This document shows positions 20,884-31,051 of a stretch of 64,000 nt of DNA, piece after piece. The translations under genes and the position numbers were made by a program. The notes under the pieces were generated by a model that made no database searches, was not told the DNA's origin, and saw only the letters and a list, made by a program, of their open reading frames with translations. This stretch comes from an uncultured Bdellovibrionales bacterium (GTDB lineage: Bacteria; Patescibacteriota; Minisyncoccia; Moranbacterales; UBA1568): NCBI GenBank assembly GCA_964436855.1, contig CAYTED010000004.1:3627-67626 (forward strand), read 5' to 3'. Within the stretch, counting starts at the first letter, position 1, and every line of letters starts with the position of its first letter.

Positions 20884-21171
20884 AGGTGATTGGAATGGAA
20901 AATCATTATGCACCTCCATAATGATTCTTTCCGATCGAAATCGAAAAGTTCCGAAAGAAGATTCTTAGCAAACCACCCGTCTTTTCTCTCCGGTAAACCG
21001 GAAACAAGAGAACGTTTTTCGTTTGCCAAGCATCTTCAAAGAATAAACGAAGATTCACTTTTTCTCCCGAAGGAGAAAATGAAGACTGACCGCAAAAAAT
21101 TGCGATCGTACTGACTTCTTTTTTTAAGAAAACAAAGCAATTGAGAAAATGAATTCCTCTATCGCCAAGCC

Positions 21172-21199
21172 ATTATAGCAGCCTAAAAAACCTTGTCAA
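21172..21199 (-). promoter_or_regulatory. sigma70 promoter for 16S
   Basis: TTGACA-N16-TATAAT with extended TG. Confidence 0.7.
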
Positions 21200-21404
21200 C
21201 CCTCCTATCTCCCCCTTTTTTCATACGGGGAATAAAGACCAAAAAAATCGCCTTTCTTCATAAAAAACAAAAAAATATCCAGCTTCGATAACTACGCCAA
21301 ACCAGCCAAAAAAGAATCCCGGGCGCAAAAAAATCCCAAGTAAACGCCTCCTTTCCGCTCCTCGCGAAAGGGGTTGGAAGGGGGACTCGATCCAAAAATA
21401 CCCA

Positions 21405-21917
21405 TTATTTCAGCCTATTGTTAATAAAAAAGAGCGAGGCAAGAGGGAGAATCATCCACGTAATCCGAGCAAGCGGTGAAGCAAAAACGGCATACACCGA
21501 CGGAGAAACATATCCGAGAAGATCCCTTGCGGGGAAAAGCGAAAAAAGAGAGCTTGCGAAAAACCCAGTAACGAGAATACTCATCACGAACAGCCTCCAA
21601 AAAAAGTCCGTTCCGGCACTCGTAATATGCAGATCAAAAAGACGTTCGTCCGTCGCCGTCAAAAAAGCAAGCACGAGTGCAAAAACGAGCAATCCTCCGT
21701 ATTTTGAAAACGAGAGAAAATTACCCGACAACAGAACGCCGACAAAAGCAAGAGCAATATAAATATTGATCAGAATATTGATCAGTTTCCATCGCCCAAA
21801 GAGAAAACCAATGGCGATACTCATGCCGATAAACAAAAGCAGGAAGGAAAAATCCCCCGACCGATCTCCGAAAAATCGAAATGACTCGTAAAAAAAATCC
21901 ATAGATATGGGAAGCAT
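21405..21917 (-). CDS. hypothetical membrane protein
   Basis: about 5 hydrophobic helices; start uncertain. Confidence 0.7.
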   Translation of the reverse strand: MLPISMDFFYESFRFFGDRSGDFSFLLLFIGMSIAIGFLFGRWKLINILINIYIALAFVGVLLSGNFLSFSKYGGLLVFALVLAFLTATDERLFDLHITSAGTDFFWRLFVMSILVTGFFASSLFSLFPARDLLGYVSPSVYAVFASPLARITWMILPLASLFFINNRLK

Positions 21918-22019
21918 AGTGAAAAAAATGTGGCTTGTCAAAGGGATTTTTTTAAGAGATACCGTTTGAGGAAGCGGGAAAAAGAGGTATAATAAAAGGG
22001 AGATTTTTCAATATTGGCT

Positions 22020-23504
22020 ATGCATCCGAAAATCGGGCGACGTCTTTTTTTCTGGGTATTGGTTTTTTGTTTTCTCGCAACTTCCGTCGCGGTTCTTTTT
22101 TTTACTTTTGGGTACTCTTTTGATACGAAAAGAAAAATCTTCGTACACACCGGATCATTTACTCTGAAAACCGTCCCTCTTGATACGATAGATATTCGGA
22201 TCGATGGCGAGGAAGTCTCCAAACGAAAACTCAATATACTGAACAACGCATATCATGTCTCGGGACAAATGCCCGGAGAGCATTTTATCGAAATAACCGC
22301 ACCGGGATACTCAACCTGGAAAAAAAAGGCGGTCATCGAAAGCGGAAAATCAACCGAGTTCTGGAATATCAATCTGGTAGCGACACACTACACGACATAC
22401 TCCTTTCCGGAAACAAAAAACGTACTCAAAATTTTTCCATCACCAAAAGAAAATCTTCTCGCCATTTTACAGAAAGAAAATACGACTCTCCTCATCAAAA
22501 CATTTGACTCACAACAAGGTGTTATTTCCACCGTCGCACAACTCGAACAAGCAGATTTTCCCGAATCTTTCGAGGAAAATCTCGAGTGGTCACCCGACAC
22601 TACGCTCCTCACGCTTCCCATTTTCTCAAATGGAACCCGAGAATATATTCTTGTGAATAGAGAAAACAATACCGTCGAAAACATCCTCTCTCGATCGGGC
22701 CTGTCGGATATGCGTTTCGCGCGGTGGGATGCACGTCGCAACGGAATCCTCTACTTTTTATCGGGATCAAATTTGTTCGAATGGGACGCCACAGACAAAA
22801 CAGCCTCCCCCCGATTGATCGCTGAACAAATCGACGGCTACGACATTTCCCATCAATATCTCTACACTCTCGACCTCTCAAACGGACTTGTCAAACGATT
22901 TCGATCAGGCACTTCCGTCAATCAATCAGAATTCATTTCCCTCGAACCCATACAAACCGCTCCTGACTCACGCTACGACCTCACCGTTTATGACGAAGAT
23001 CGGATCGCAATTCGCGATCGAAAAACAGGCGAACTCTTTATTCACAATATCGGTGAAAAAGATCACTTCGAAAGAAAGGAGGCCGGGGTGCGTGGCATCC
23101 AATTCTCAAATGACGGCAAAAAACTTCTCTACTTTACCGATCGAGAAATATTCGTATACTTCCTTCGAAAGTGGGATACGCAACCGACACGAAGAGAGGG
23201 AGAAACTCTTCAAATCGCTCGTTTTTCAGAACCGATACGATTTGTCCAGTGGGCAGAAGATTACGAGCACGTTCTCTTTTCGCTCAATACCGAAATCAAA
23301 ACTATCGAGCTTGATGGACGCGATCGACGCATTGCAGAAACGGCAATGACGCTCCATAAAGAGCCACAGCAGTTCTTTGCAAACTTTTCCTCAAACGGCA
23401 TATTCTTGATAGAACAAGATTCCTCCATGCCCCTTTCATATTTTTCTTTCCCGGAAAATATCGATCAACCCGCCATAGAAATACCAAAAGAAAATACCCT
23501 ATGA
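22020..23504 (+). CDS. membrane-anchored PEGA-domain / beta-propeller protein
   Basis: N-terminal TM; TGSFTLKTVP..PGEHFIEITAPGYSTW; WSPD and FSNDG blade motifs. Confidence 0.75.
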   Translation: MHPKIGRRLFFWVLVFCFLATSVAVLFFTFGYSFDTKRKIFVHTGSFTLKTVPLDTIDIRIDGEEVSKRKLNILNNAYHVSGQMPGEHFIEITAPGYSTWKKKAVIESGKSTEFWNINLVATHYTTYSFPETKNVLKIFPSPKENLLAILQKENTTLLIKTFDSQQGVISTVAQLEQADFPESFEENLEWSPDTTLLTLPIFSNGTREYILVNRENNTVENILSRSGLSDMRFARWDARRNGILYFLSGSNLFEWDATDKTASPRLIAEQIDGYDISHQYLYTLDLSNGLVKRFRSGTSVNQSEFISLEPIQTAPDSRYDLTVYDEDRIAIRDRKTGELFIHNIGEKDHFERKEAGVRGIQFSNDGKKLLYFTDREIFVYFLRKWDTQPTRREGETLQIARFSEPIRFVQWAEDYEHVLFSLNTEIKTIELDGRDRRIAETAMTLHKEPQQFFANFSSNGIFLIEQDSSMPLSYFSFPENIDQPAIEIPKENTL

Positions 23505-24715
23505 CTTCCCGCCTTGAAAAAGGATTCGATATGATTCGATCCGGAAACGGAGACACACGTTCTCCGGAATCAACAATCGAAACACCCGAAAAGAAAGCGC
23601 GCGATATTGCCGAGAAACAAAACGGAAACTACGACGCCATTGTCGAAGAGCTAACGGAAAAAAATCTTTTCGACGCGGAGAAGAAGCGCATCCAATCAAA
23701 TGTTGAATACCAAAAATACCTTCAAGAAGCCTCTTTTCTCACGGAAAAAGAATGGGAAATGCTCACCGTGCTCGAGCTCTTTGATGTGGAAACATTTAAA
23801 CACTGTCTTCGAACCTACGAAAAGGCGAGAGAAATGATCGAGAGTGAGGGAGTTCTCGGAACATACCTGAAACAAAATATCGACCTTGAGCTCCAAGAAC
23901 TCTCTCCATCAAATCGCCTCTCAACCCTCTATCGCGCCTGTCTTTTTCATGATCTTGGAAAAATTGCGGTTCCGAAATCCATTCTCAACAATCCACTCCG
24001 AAACGATGATTGGCTGAAGCTTGGCGAACAATTTTGCACCCACACAGCAAACGCTTGTTATCAAAAAAGGATACGCGAATCACACGGGACACTCCGGGCA
24101 AAAGACATCGTTCCGCTTCGCGTCTGTCTTACGGAAGGAGAGAGTATCAGATTTCAAGTGCTTGGTATCGATGTCGATCTTCCTCTCGGACAGATTATCA
24201 ACGCCATCCATACCAAACAATCCGCCGCTTATCTCGAAAAAGCCGGATTCTTGACCGAGGCGGCACTCGTCAAAGAACACCACTCCGAAACACCCATTGC
24301 GCAAAGAAACTATCCTGTCTCTTCGAGTACAATTACCGTCACAAATATACTTCAAAGCCTCCTTCATACAGCCGATGTCTACGATGCCATGCAGAACGCT
24401 CGCTCCTACAAAGGAGATGAGGGCATATTCGAGACCCTGGCAATATTGATACAAGAAAGCGAGAAAAAATTAATCGATCCGAAACTCCTCTCCCTTCTTC
24501 TTGAGTTCGAACTGAAAAAACTTGCAAGACAAGTGAACACTCGAAACGAAAAATTATCATCCGTAACTCGAGCTTATTTTAAAAATCTTCAATCAAAAAC
24601 CAAAGAAAAGCCATTTGAAACAACATACCAAAAAGAATTGTTTGCCTTAAAAAAAGTTCACCGATTTTTCAAAGAAACCGGTGATTTACGAAAGAAAGCT
24701 TCCATTGAATCTTGA
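23501..24715 (+). CDS. HD-GYP-like phosphohydrolase
   Basis: HDLGKI..ILN, HHSE, ADVYDAM..RSYK. Confidence 0.8.
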   Translation: MTSRLEKGFDMIRSGNGDTRSPESTIETPEKKARDIAEKQNGNYDAIVEELTEKNLFDAEKKRIQSNVEYQKYLQEASFLTEKEWEMLTVLELFDVETFKHCLRTYEKAREMIESEGVLGTYLKQNIDLELQELSPSNRLSTLYRACLFHDLGKIAVPKSILNNPLRNDDWLKLGEQFCTHTANACYQKRIRESHGTLRAKDIVPLRVCLTEGESIRFQVLGIDVDLPLGQIINAIHTKQSAAYLEKAGFLTEAALVKEHHSETPIAQRNYPVSSSTITVTNILQSLLHTADVYDAMQNARSYKGDEGIFETLAILIQESEKKLIDPKLLSLLLEFELKKLARQVNTRNEKLSSVTRAYFKNLQSKTKEKPFETTYQKELFALKKVHRFFKETGDLRKKASIES

Positions 24716-24716
24716 C

Positions 24717-25139
24717 CTATTTCGAAGGAAAGACGTCGCGAGAAAGCCAGTCCTCAAGAAAAATCCGCGCCGCCTCGGCATCATCTTGTTTCGATATCCC
24801 CTTTCCACCGGTTTCTTTCAACCGATCCTGCGCCATCTTGGTGGTAAACATCTCATTTGTATATTCAACCACAAGTTCCGGAAATCTTCGCGAAAGCCCT
24901 GCCCCGAATTGTCGTTCTGGAAATATTTTTCCTTCTCGAGCGGAGTGTTCCGGAATACCAATAATAACGGTGCCGATCCGTTCGGATTGAAAAATAAGCC
25001 CGAGTCGTTCAAGAAGCGACGCATCGTTTTGAATTACATCAAAAGAGAGCGCAATCCGCGTCTCCGGATCAGCGATCGCAAGACCGATCTTCGAGGATCC
25101 CCAGTCGATCCCCATAAAACTCTTACGTTCTTCATTCAT
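24717..25139 (-). CDS. ruvX: YqgF/RuvX pre-16S nuclease
   Basis: GIDWGSSKIGLA, NEMFTT, DDAEAA motifs. Confidence 0.88.
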   Translation of the reverse strand: MNEERKSFMGIDWGSSKIGLAIADPETRIALSFDVIQNDASLLERLGLIFQSERIGTVIIGIPEHSAREGKIFPERQFGAGLSRRFPELVVEYTNEMFTTKMAQDRLKETGGKGISKQDDAEAARIFLEDWLSRDVFPSK

Positions 25140-25309
25140 AAAACTTTCGAAAAACGCGATACTGAAAACACAAAAACCAAACAAAACACCTTCTCTATAA
25201 TCCTCAAAGCACAAACTTTTCCTATCTGAAATTTCGTGTTTTCTGTTTTGAACTTTGTTTGCCTGCCTGCCAGCGAGGCAGGATATTCATGTTCTGTGAT
25301 TTTGCATCT

Positions 25310-26077
25310 TTACAGTCGTGTGGCTACTTCAACCCCATCTTTCGTAATAAGCACCGTGTCCTCAAAGTGCGCGGAAAGCGATTCGTCGGCCGTCACAAAT
25401 GTCCACCCATCATCGGAAAGCTCCACTTGCCAATCGCCTGCATTCACCATCGGCTCAAGCGCGACCGCCATTCCCTCCACAAAGGTAAACCCCGGGATAC
25501 TCTTCGTCGTATAATTCGGAATTTGAGGTTCCTCGTGAAGCTCGCGTCCCACACCGTGTCCGACGAGATCACGCACCATCGAGAATCCGTCGCGTCTCGC
25601 CCGATCTTCCACGGCATGCGCATACTCAAAAAGACTCGCCCCGGTATGAATCGCCGCAATACCGCAGTCAAGCGACTCTCTTGTCGCGCGTAACAGTTTC
25701 TCGGCAAGTGGCGATACTTTTCCTACTGAAAATGTTCTCGCCATATCACTGACCATCCCAGAAAAACGCATCCCGATATCAAGCTTAAAGAGATCCCCTT
25801 CCCTCAAAATCTTTTCTTTTGAAGGAATACCATGTACCACCTCATTATTAAGAGAAGCACAAATAGTGGCTGGAAATGGCCGTCTCCCGCCATATCCCTT
25901 AAAAATCGGGATGCCGCCAACCTCACGGATCCATTCCTCCGCAAAGCGATCAATTTCAAATGTTGAAACACCCGGAACAATTTTTTCTTCGAGTCGCGTA
26001 ACGATTCGAGCAAGCTCTTGACCAGATGTCCGTATTCCCTCAAGCTCTGCTTCGGTTTTAATCCATTCTTTCTTCAT
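25310..26077 (-). CDS. map: methionine aminopeptidase type I
   Basis: VVHGIP, DMART, GHGVG..LHEEP, EPMVN, HFEDT. Confidence 0.96.
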   Translation of the reverse strand: MKKEWIKTEAELEGIRTSGQELARIVTRLEEKIVPGVSTFEIDRFAEEWIREVGGIPIFKGYGGRRPFPATICASLNNEVVHGIPSKEKILREGDLFKLDIGMRFSGMVSDMARTFSVGKVSPLAEKLLRATRESLDCGIAAIHTGASLFEYAHAVEDRARRDGFSMVRDLVGHGVGRELHEEPQIPNYTTKSIPGFTFVEGMAVALEPMVNAGDWQVELSDDGWTFVTADESLSAHFEDTVLITKDGVEVATRL

Positions 26078-26089
26078 ATCTCGAAAAAC

Positions 26090-26743
26090 TCACCTTTCGT
26101 GAATGATTGTCTCAAAAATATCCTCCGCTGGTTTCCTCCCGTCGACACGAAGGAGCTTTTTTTGTTCCGAAAAATACCGAATAACCGGTTCAGTCTCCTC
26201 GTGAAAAATCGTCCATCGCTTTTCAACACCTGACGGTGTATCATCTTTCCGTTGTGTCAACGCGCCGCCGCACTTGTAGCACGGACTCGAATGATCTTCC
26301 GGATGAATGCCAAGAATAAATTTCTCCCCGCATCGTTCGCATGCAAACCGGCGGGAAATTCGATCAATGGAATCCTCTTTCGGCAGATCTACAAAAATAA
26401 CCCCATCAATTTCTCGTCCAAACTCTCGGAGTACGGAAAGCACTTCTTCGATTTGACTTTCCCGTCGCGGCGCACCATCGAGCACGATGCCTCTTGCCGG
26501 ATCAGCTGCCGACAAAGCTCGGTGGAGCGCTTGTTCGACGATCCTGTCCGATGCGAGCTCTTTTTTTTCGTAGATTGTTTCAGCCACTTCTTTTCCAAGT
26601 GGAGAATCTTCCGCGGCAATTTTTCGAAGCTCCGCCCCTACATCAATATGCGTGAGCGAAAGACGATTTCGGAAAAAATCCGCCTGTGTGCTCTTGCCGC
26701 TCCCCGGAGGACCGAGAAGAATATAATTTTTTATGCTTAACAT
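26090..26743 (-). CDS. adk: adenylate kinase
   Basis: GPPGSGKSTQA, LDGAPR, Zn lid CxxC..CxxC. Confidence 0.93.
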   Translation of the reverse strand: MLSIKNYILLGPPGSGKSTQADFFRNRLSLTHIDVGAELRKIAAEDSPLGKEVAETIYEKKELASDRIVEQALHRALSAADPARGIVLDGAPRRESQIEEVLSVLREFGREIDGVIFVDLPKEDSIDRISRRFACERCGEKFILGIHPEDHSSPCYKCGGALTQRKDDTPSGVEKRWTIFHEETEPVIRYFSEQKKLLRVDGRKPAEDIFETIIHER

Positions 26744-26780
26744 CTGGGTATGAAAACTTAACTCTTGTATTCTTGGAGCT

Positions 26781-28061
26781 TCAAAAACCATCGTAACTCC
26801 GCATCGCAAGCTGGCTCTGTGAATGTTTCAAGAACTCAAGTACGACCGAAACGACGATAAGAATGCTCACCCCGCCAACCGTCAGCGCCTGCACTCCGGT
26901 CAGTCCCTGAACAACAAAAGGAAGTACAGCGACCGCACCAAGAAACACCGACCCTGCGAGCGTAATACGATTGATAATAAAGTGGAGATACTCCGCCGTC
27001 GCACCTCCGGGACGAATACCCGGAACATATCCTCCTTGTTTTTGTAGATTCTCCGAAATCTTGTACGGATCAAACACGACCGTCGTATAAAAATAGGTAA
27101 AAAGAATAACAAGAACAAAATAAAGCGTCCCATATGTCCAACGATCCTGAAAAAATGCGCCCACAGAAAGTGCAATTTCTCCCGCGCGCTCGCCACGCCA
27201 CGCCTGTGCAAGGTAATTCGCCACCATGGTTGGAATGAGAATAATCGACACTGCAAAAATAATCGGGATCACGCCCGCCTGATTCACCCGAAGCGGAAGG
27301 TGCGTTCCCGAGCCGCCGTAGACCTGACTCCCTCGAACTCGTTTCGCATAAGCAACCGGAATAATGCGTTGCCCCTCGTTGACGAGAATAACACCAGCGA
27401 TTGTTATCGCTCCCACCAAAAAGAATGCGAGATATGAGAAAAACTCCGACGGATCCCATGTGGAAGCAAATCGACTGGCAGCCGCCGGCAATCCGGCAAC
27501 GATACCCGAAAAAATCATCATTGACACTCCGTTCCCCAGACCCTTTTCGGTAATCAATTCACCAAGCCACATCAGAAAAACCGACCCTGCCGTTGCTGTG
27601 ATGATAATCGCCGCTTTTGTGAATGGCGAAAGATCGCCCAGCACATTTTGTGATTGCAAAAGAGATATCATCGCAAATGACTGAATCGCCGCGAGGGGAA
27701 CAGTAAGAATTCTCGTCCAGAAATTGAATTTCTGTCGACCGGCCTCCCCCTCCTCTTTATAGAGTCGCTCGAGCGAAGGGACGATAGTCGTCAGAAGCTG
27801 CATAATAATCGATGCGGTAATGTACGGACCGACCCCCAAAAGAACGATCGAAATATTCGACAATCCGCCGCCGGAAAAAATATTCAGGAGTGTAAAAACT
27901 TCATTCTGTTCAAACAATCGACGGAGCTCTTCCGCATCAACTCCCGGAATCGGAACATTCGCAACCAATCGATACACGACCAAAAGCGCCAAGATAAAAA
28001 GAACCTTCTTCCGAAGATCCGGCTGACTTATCATAATCGAAAGTGTTTCTCGGACATTCAT
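26781..28061 (-). CDS. secY: preprotein translocase SecY
   Basis: LGVGPYITASII, GVIPIIFA, PGIRPG. Confidence 0.97.
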   Translation of the reverse strand: MNVRETLSIMISQPDLRKKVLFILALLVVYRLVANVPIPGVDAEELRRLFEQNEVFTLLNIFSGGGLSNISIVLLGVGPYITASIIMQLLTTIVPSLERLYKEEGEAGRQKFNFWTRILTVPLAAIQSFAMISLLQSQNVLGDLSPFTKAAIIITATAGSVFLMWLGELITEKGLGNGVSMMIFSGIVAGLPAAASRFASTWDPSEFFSYLAFFLVGAITIAGVILVNEGQRIIPVAYAKRVRGSQVYGGSGTHLPLRVNQAGVIPIIFAVSIILIPTMVANYLAQAWRGERAGEIALSVGAFFQDRWTYGTLYFVLVILFTYFYTTVVFDPYKISENLQKQGGYVPGIRPGGATAEYLHFIINRITLAGSVFLGAVAVLPFVVQGLTGVQALTVGGVSILIVVSVVLEFLKHSQSQLAMRSYDGF

Positions 28062-28275
28062 AAACGTTCGTTTCACCCTATAAATTCTTATCAACAGAAA
28101 AGATCGAACTTCACCAGTATACCGCAAAAAAGCGAAAAAAGAAAGCCGAAACAAGCAAAGACAGCGCCAATGTTCCCCGAAAAATCACTCTCCCAACCGA
28201 AACAAGACGGCCTCACCAAAGGCGAGACCGTTTTTATCGAAAAACCAGTTGTGAAAAGAGAGCTCCCCTTTCGGT

Positions 28276-28710
28276 TTATTCCGCCTTCTTCCCGCCATTT
28301 TTGACGATTATCTGTTCCGCGCCGACAGAAACTGCAATACCAGAAGCGAGAGAAAGTTTTTTGGAAAGCGTTCCGGTCGATACGATTTTCACTCCGCACT
28401 TTCCGGCATCATCTCGAACCAGACCCTTCTCAATCAGCGAAAGAAGAGTAACTTCGGAACCATCTTCATAAGAGCGCTCCAGCATTCGAAGTGTGACGGT
28501 ATACGGCTTTGCGTGTGGCGATTTGAAACCACGTACTTTCTTTAATCGTTTGATCAGCGAAGAGCGCCCTCCTTCATGGAGCGGACTTTTCTTTTTTCCA
28601 TGAGCGCCCTGTCCCTTGGTGCCACGACCAGATGTCGTGCCGCGCTTTCCACCACGACCAATGCGCTTCATTCTTCGTTTTGCCAATCCGGAAAATTCAT
28701 GTGACTGCAT
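28276..28710 (-). CDS. rplO: 50S ribosomal protein L15
   Basis: RIGRGG..GTTSGRGTKGQ; operon position. Confidence 0.95.
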   Translation of the reverse strand: MQSHEFSGLAKRRMKRIGRGGKRGTTSGRGTKGQGAHGKKKSPLHEGGRSSLIKRLKKVRGFKSPHAKPYTVTLRMLERSYEDGSEVTLLSLIEKGLVRDDAGKCGVKIVSTGTLSKKLSLASGIAVSVGAEQIIVKNGGKKAE

Positions 28711-28730
28711 ACCGTTCTCAAATATCAAAA

Positions 28731-29261
28731 TTATTTCTTCTCCGCTTTCTCCGTTTCGGAAACTTCCGGAGATGAAGATGAAGGAGAAGCGACATTTTTC
28801 GGAAGTTTTTTCAATGCCTCAATCGTGACGCGAGCGACATTCAGTTTATTCGACGCACCGAGAGACTTCGAAACAATATCTTTCACCCCCAAAAGATCCG
28901 CGACCGAACGAACCGCGCCACCCGCAATCAATCCGCGACCGGCTGATGCCGGTTTCAAGAGCACTTTCGCACTCCCAAGTTTGGCGGACACGTCATGAGC
29001 GATCGTTCCATTGACCATCGGAATTTCTACAAGGTGTTTTTTCGCCTCGCCATACGCCTTCTGAATCGCAAGAGAAACATCCGCACCCTTCGCAACCCCG
29101 ACTCCAACCTTTCCTTTTCGGTTTCCGATCACAAGTGTTGCGCGAAAACGAAAGCGTCTTCCCCCCTTCACAACACGGGTTACGCGCGCGAGATCAAGGA
29201 GTTTCTGATCAAACTCCGGTTTCTCCCGACGCATTCCTTTTTTCCCTTGCGGCTTTGCCAT
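28731..29261 (-). CDS. rpsE: 30S ribosomal protein S5
   Basis: RVTRVVKGGRRFRF. Confidence 0.97.
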   Translation of the reverse strand: MAKPQGKKGMRREKPEFDQKLLDLARVTRVVKGGRRFRFRATLVIGNRKGKVGVGVAKGADVSLAIQKAYGEAKKHLVEIPMVNGTIAHDVSAKLGSAKVLLKPASAGRGLIAGGAVRSVADLLGVKDIVSKSLGASNKLNVARVTIEALKKLPKNVASPSSSSPEVSETEKAEKK

Positions 29262-29294
29262 ATTCCTTGTGCGTATAATAAATAATTGAATCCT

Positions 29295-29648
29295 TTACAT
29301 TCGAATACCCGCTTCTCGGATCCCCTCGGCGAGCGCCTTCACTTTCCCGTGATACCGATATCCCGCGCGATCAAACACCACTTCTTTTATATGAAGTGAA
29401 AGGCACTTTTCTCCAAATACTTTTCCCAATTCGTGCGCACCCGACACATCATTCTTCGTCTTCTTTATCGAAGCAAGCGAAGATGCGGCGAGCGTTTTTT
29501 GAGACACATCGTCAATCGCCTGTACAAAGAGCGAACGATTACTCCGAAACACCGTCACTCGCGGACGCAACGCAGTACCCGACACTTTCGCACGGACGCG
29601 ACGATGTCGTTTTATTCGAAGTGTTTTTGCTGATGAAGATCGTATCAT
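29295..29648 (-). CDS. rplR: 50S ribosomal protein L18
   Basis: RPRVTVFRSN, FDRAGYRYHG. Confidence 0.97.
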   Translation of the reverse strand: MIRSSSAKTLRIKRHRRVRAKVSGTALRPRVTVFRSNRSLFVQAIDDVSQKTLAASSLASIKKTKNDVSGAHELGKVFGEKCLSLHIKEVVFDRAGYRYHGKVKALAEGIREAGIRM

Positions 29649-29673
29649 ACGTTTCCTGTATATTATTCACTCA

Positions 29674-30210
29674 TTATGCCGCCGCTTTCTTTCCTTCTTT
29701 GCGACGGACAATTTCATCGGTATATCGGAATCCCTTTCCTTTATACGGCTCAACCGGTTTCAACGCGCGAACTTCCGCCGCAAATTGACCGACCTTTTGC
29801 CGATCAATGCCCGAAATAGAAAGCACATTTCCCTCTACTTTCGTATCGATACCCTCCGGAACAACAACTTCAACCGGGTGTGAAAATCCGAGCGCGAGTG
29901 TCAATTTCTTTCCGCTTCCGGACATACGATATCCGACACCGTTCAATTCCAACTTTTTTTCAAAACCCTTGGTTACCCCCTCAATCATATTCGATACAAG
30001 TTTTGCGGTCGTTCCCCACAGGGCCTGCGCCCGTTTCGACTGGGAAAGCTTCTCCACCCGAAACATTCCGTCCTCAAGTTTGACCGACACATCAACCGCA
30101 TGCGCAAAAGAGAGCGTCCCCTTTGGACCCTTGACGGTAATGACATTTTCCCTGACCGACGTCTCGACGCCGGACGGGATCGCTACTGGTTTTTTTCCGA
30201 TTCTTGACAT
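29674..30210 (-). CDS. rplF: 50S ribosomal protein L6
   Basis: MSRIGKKPV, EPYKGKG. Confidence 0.97.
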   Translation of the reverse strand: MSRIGKKPVAIPSGVETSVRENVITVKGPKGTLSFAHAVDVSVKLEDGMFRVEKLSQSKRAQALWGTTAKLVSNMIEGVTKGFEKKLELNGVGYRMSGSGKKLTLALGFSHPVEVVVPEGIDTKVEGNVLSISGIDRQKVGQFAAEVRALKPVEPYKGKGFRYTDEIVRRKEGKKAAA

Positions 30211-30314
30211 ACAAGCCTCATTAAGCTTCTTTAATAGCCTCGTTAGCTTTATTAGTCCCAACAGCCTTGATTTCTCAAGCCTCTGAAGCTAATGAAGCTA
30301 GCGAAGCTTTCTTT

Positions 30315-30722
30315 CTACCACACCTCACAAATATACTCTCCACCAAGACCGCGACGACTCGCATTGAGTCCGGTCATCAGCCCTTGTGATGTCGATACGA
30401 TAGAAACACCGAATCCATTCTTTACTTTTCGCAACTCGCCCCGTTTCACATACACTCGTCGACCTTCTTTGCTTACTCGGTGGATCTCGTGAATGGCCGG
30501 ATCCCTCCGAACAGGCGACACCGGAATATACTTCAGCGACACAACAATATCCTCGCGATTCGACCCGATCGACTCTTTAGAGACAGCCGAAAGGAAACCC
30601 TCTTCGACAAGGATATTTGCGATTGCGAATTTCAATCGGGACGCCGGAACGCGCGCGGTATCAAGACCAGCACGTTGTGCGTTCCGAATTCTGGTGAGCA
30701 TGTCTGCGATTGGATCAATCAT
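30315..30722 (-). CDS. rpsH: 30S ribosomal protein S8
   Basis: DPIADMLTRIRN, STSQGLMT. Confidence 0.97.
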   Translation of the reverse strand: MIDPIADMLTRIRNAQRAGLDTARVPASRLKFAIANILVEEGFLSAVSKESIGSNREDIVVSLKYIPVSPVRRDPAIHEIHRVSKEGRRVYVKRGELRKVKNGFGVSIVSTSQGLMTGLNASRRGLGGEYICEVW

Positions 30723-30850
30723 AATTCTTCTTTATACACTAGCTTCTTTATTCCACGGCCCCCGCAGCTTCATGGGCTTCGAGAGTCTTCAGAGTTTTTC
30801 TCTGAAAGCTATCGAAGCGAACGAAGCTCTTGGAAGCGATGTATTCATTA

Positions 30851-31036
30851 TTACCACGACGCTTTCCGAACTCCCGGAATCTCCCCCTTGCTCGCGAGTT
30901 CTCGAAAGCAGATTCGACAGAGATCATACGCTCGAAGATACCCGTGTTTCCGTCCGCATTTCCAGCAGCGGCGAACACTCCGCGTGCTGTACTTCGGTTT
31001 CTTCTGCGCTCGTGCCATGGTCGATGTCTTTGCCAT
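30851..31036 (-). CDS. rpsN: 30S ribosomal protein S14 (zinc type)
   Basis: [18 protein letters not shown]. Confidence 0.96.
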   Translation of the reverse strand: MAKTSTMARAQKKPKYSTRSVRRCWKCGRKHGYLRAYDLCRICFRELASKGEIPGVRKASW

Positions 31037-31051
31037 AAAAATTCTTTTTAC

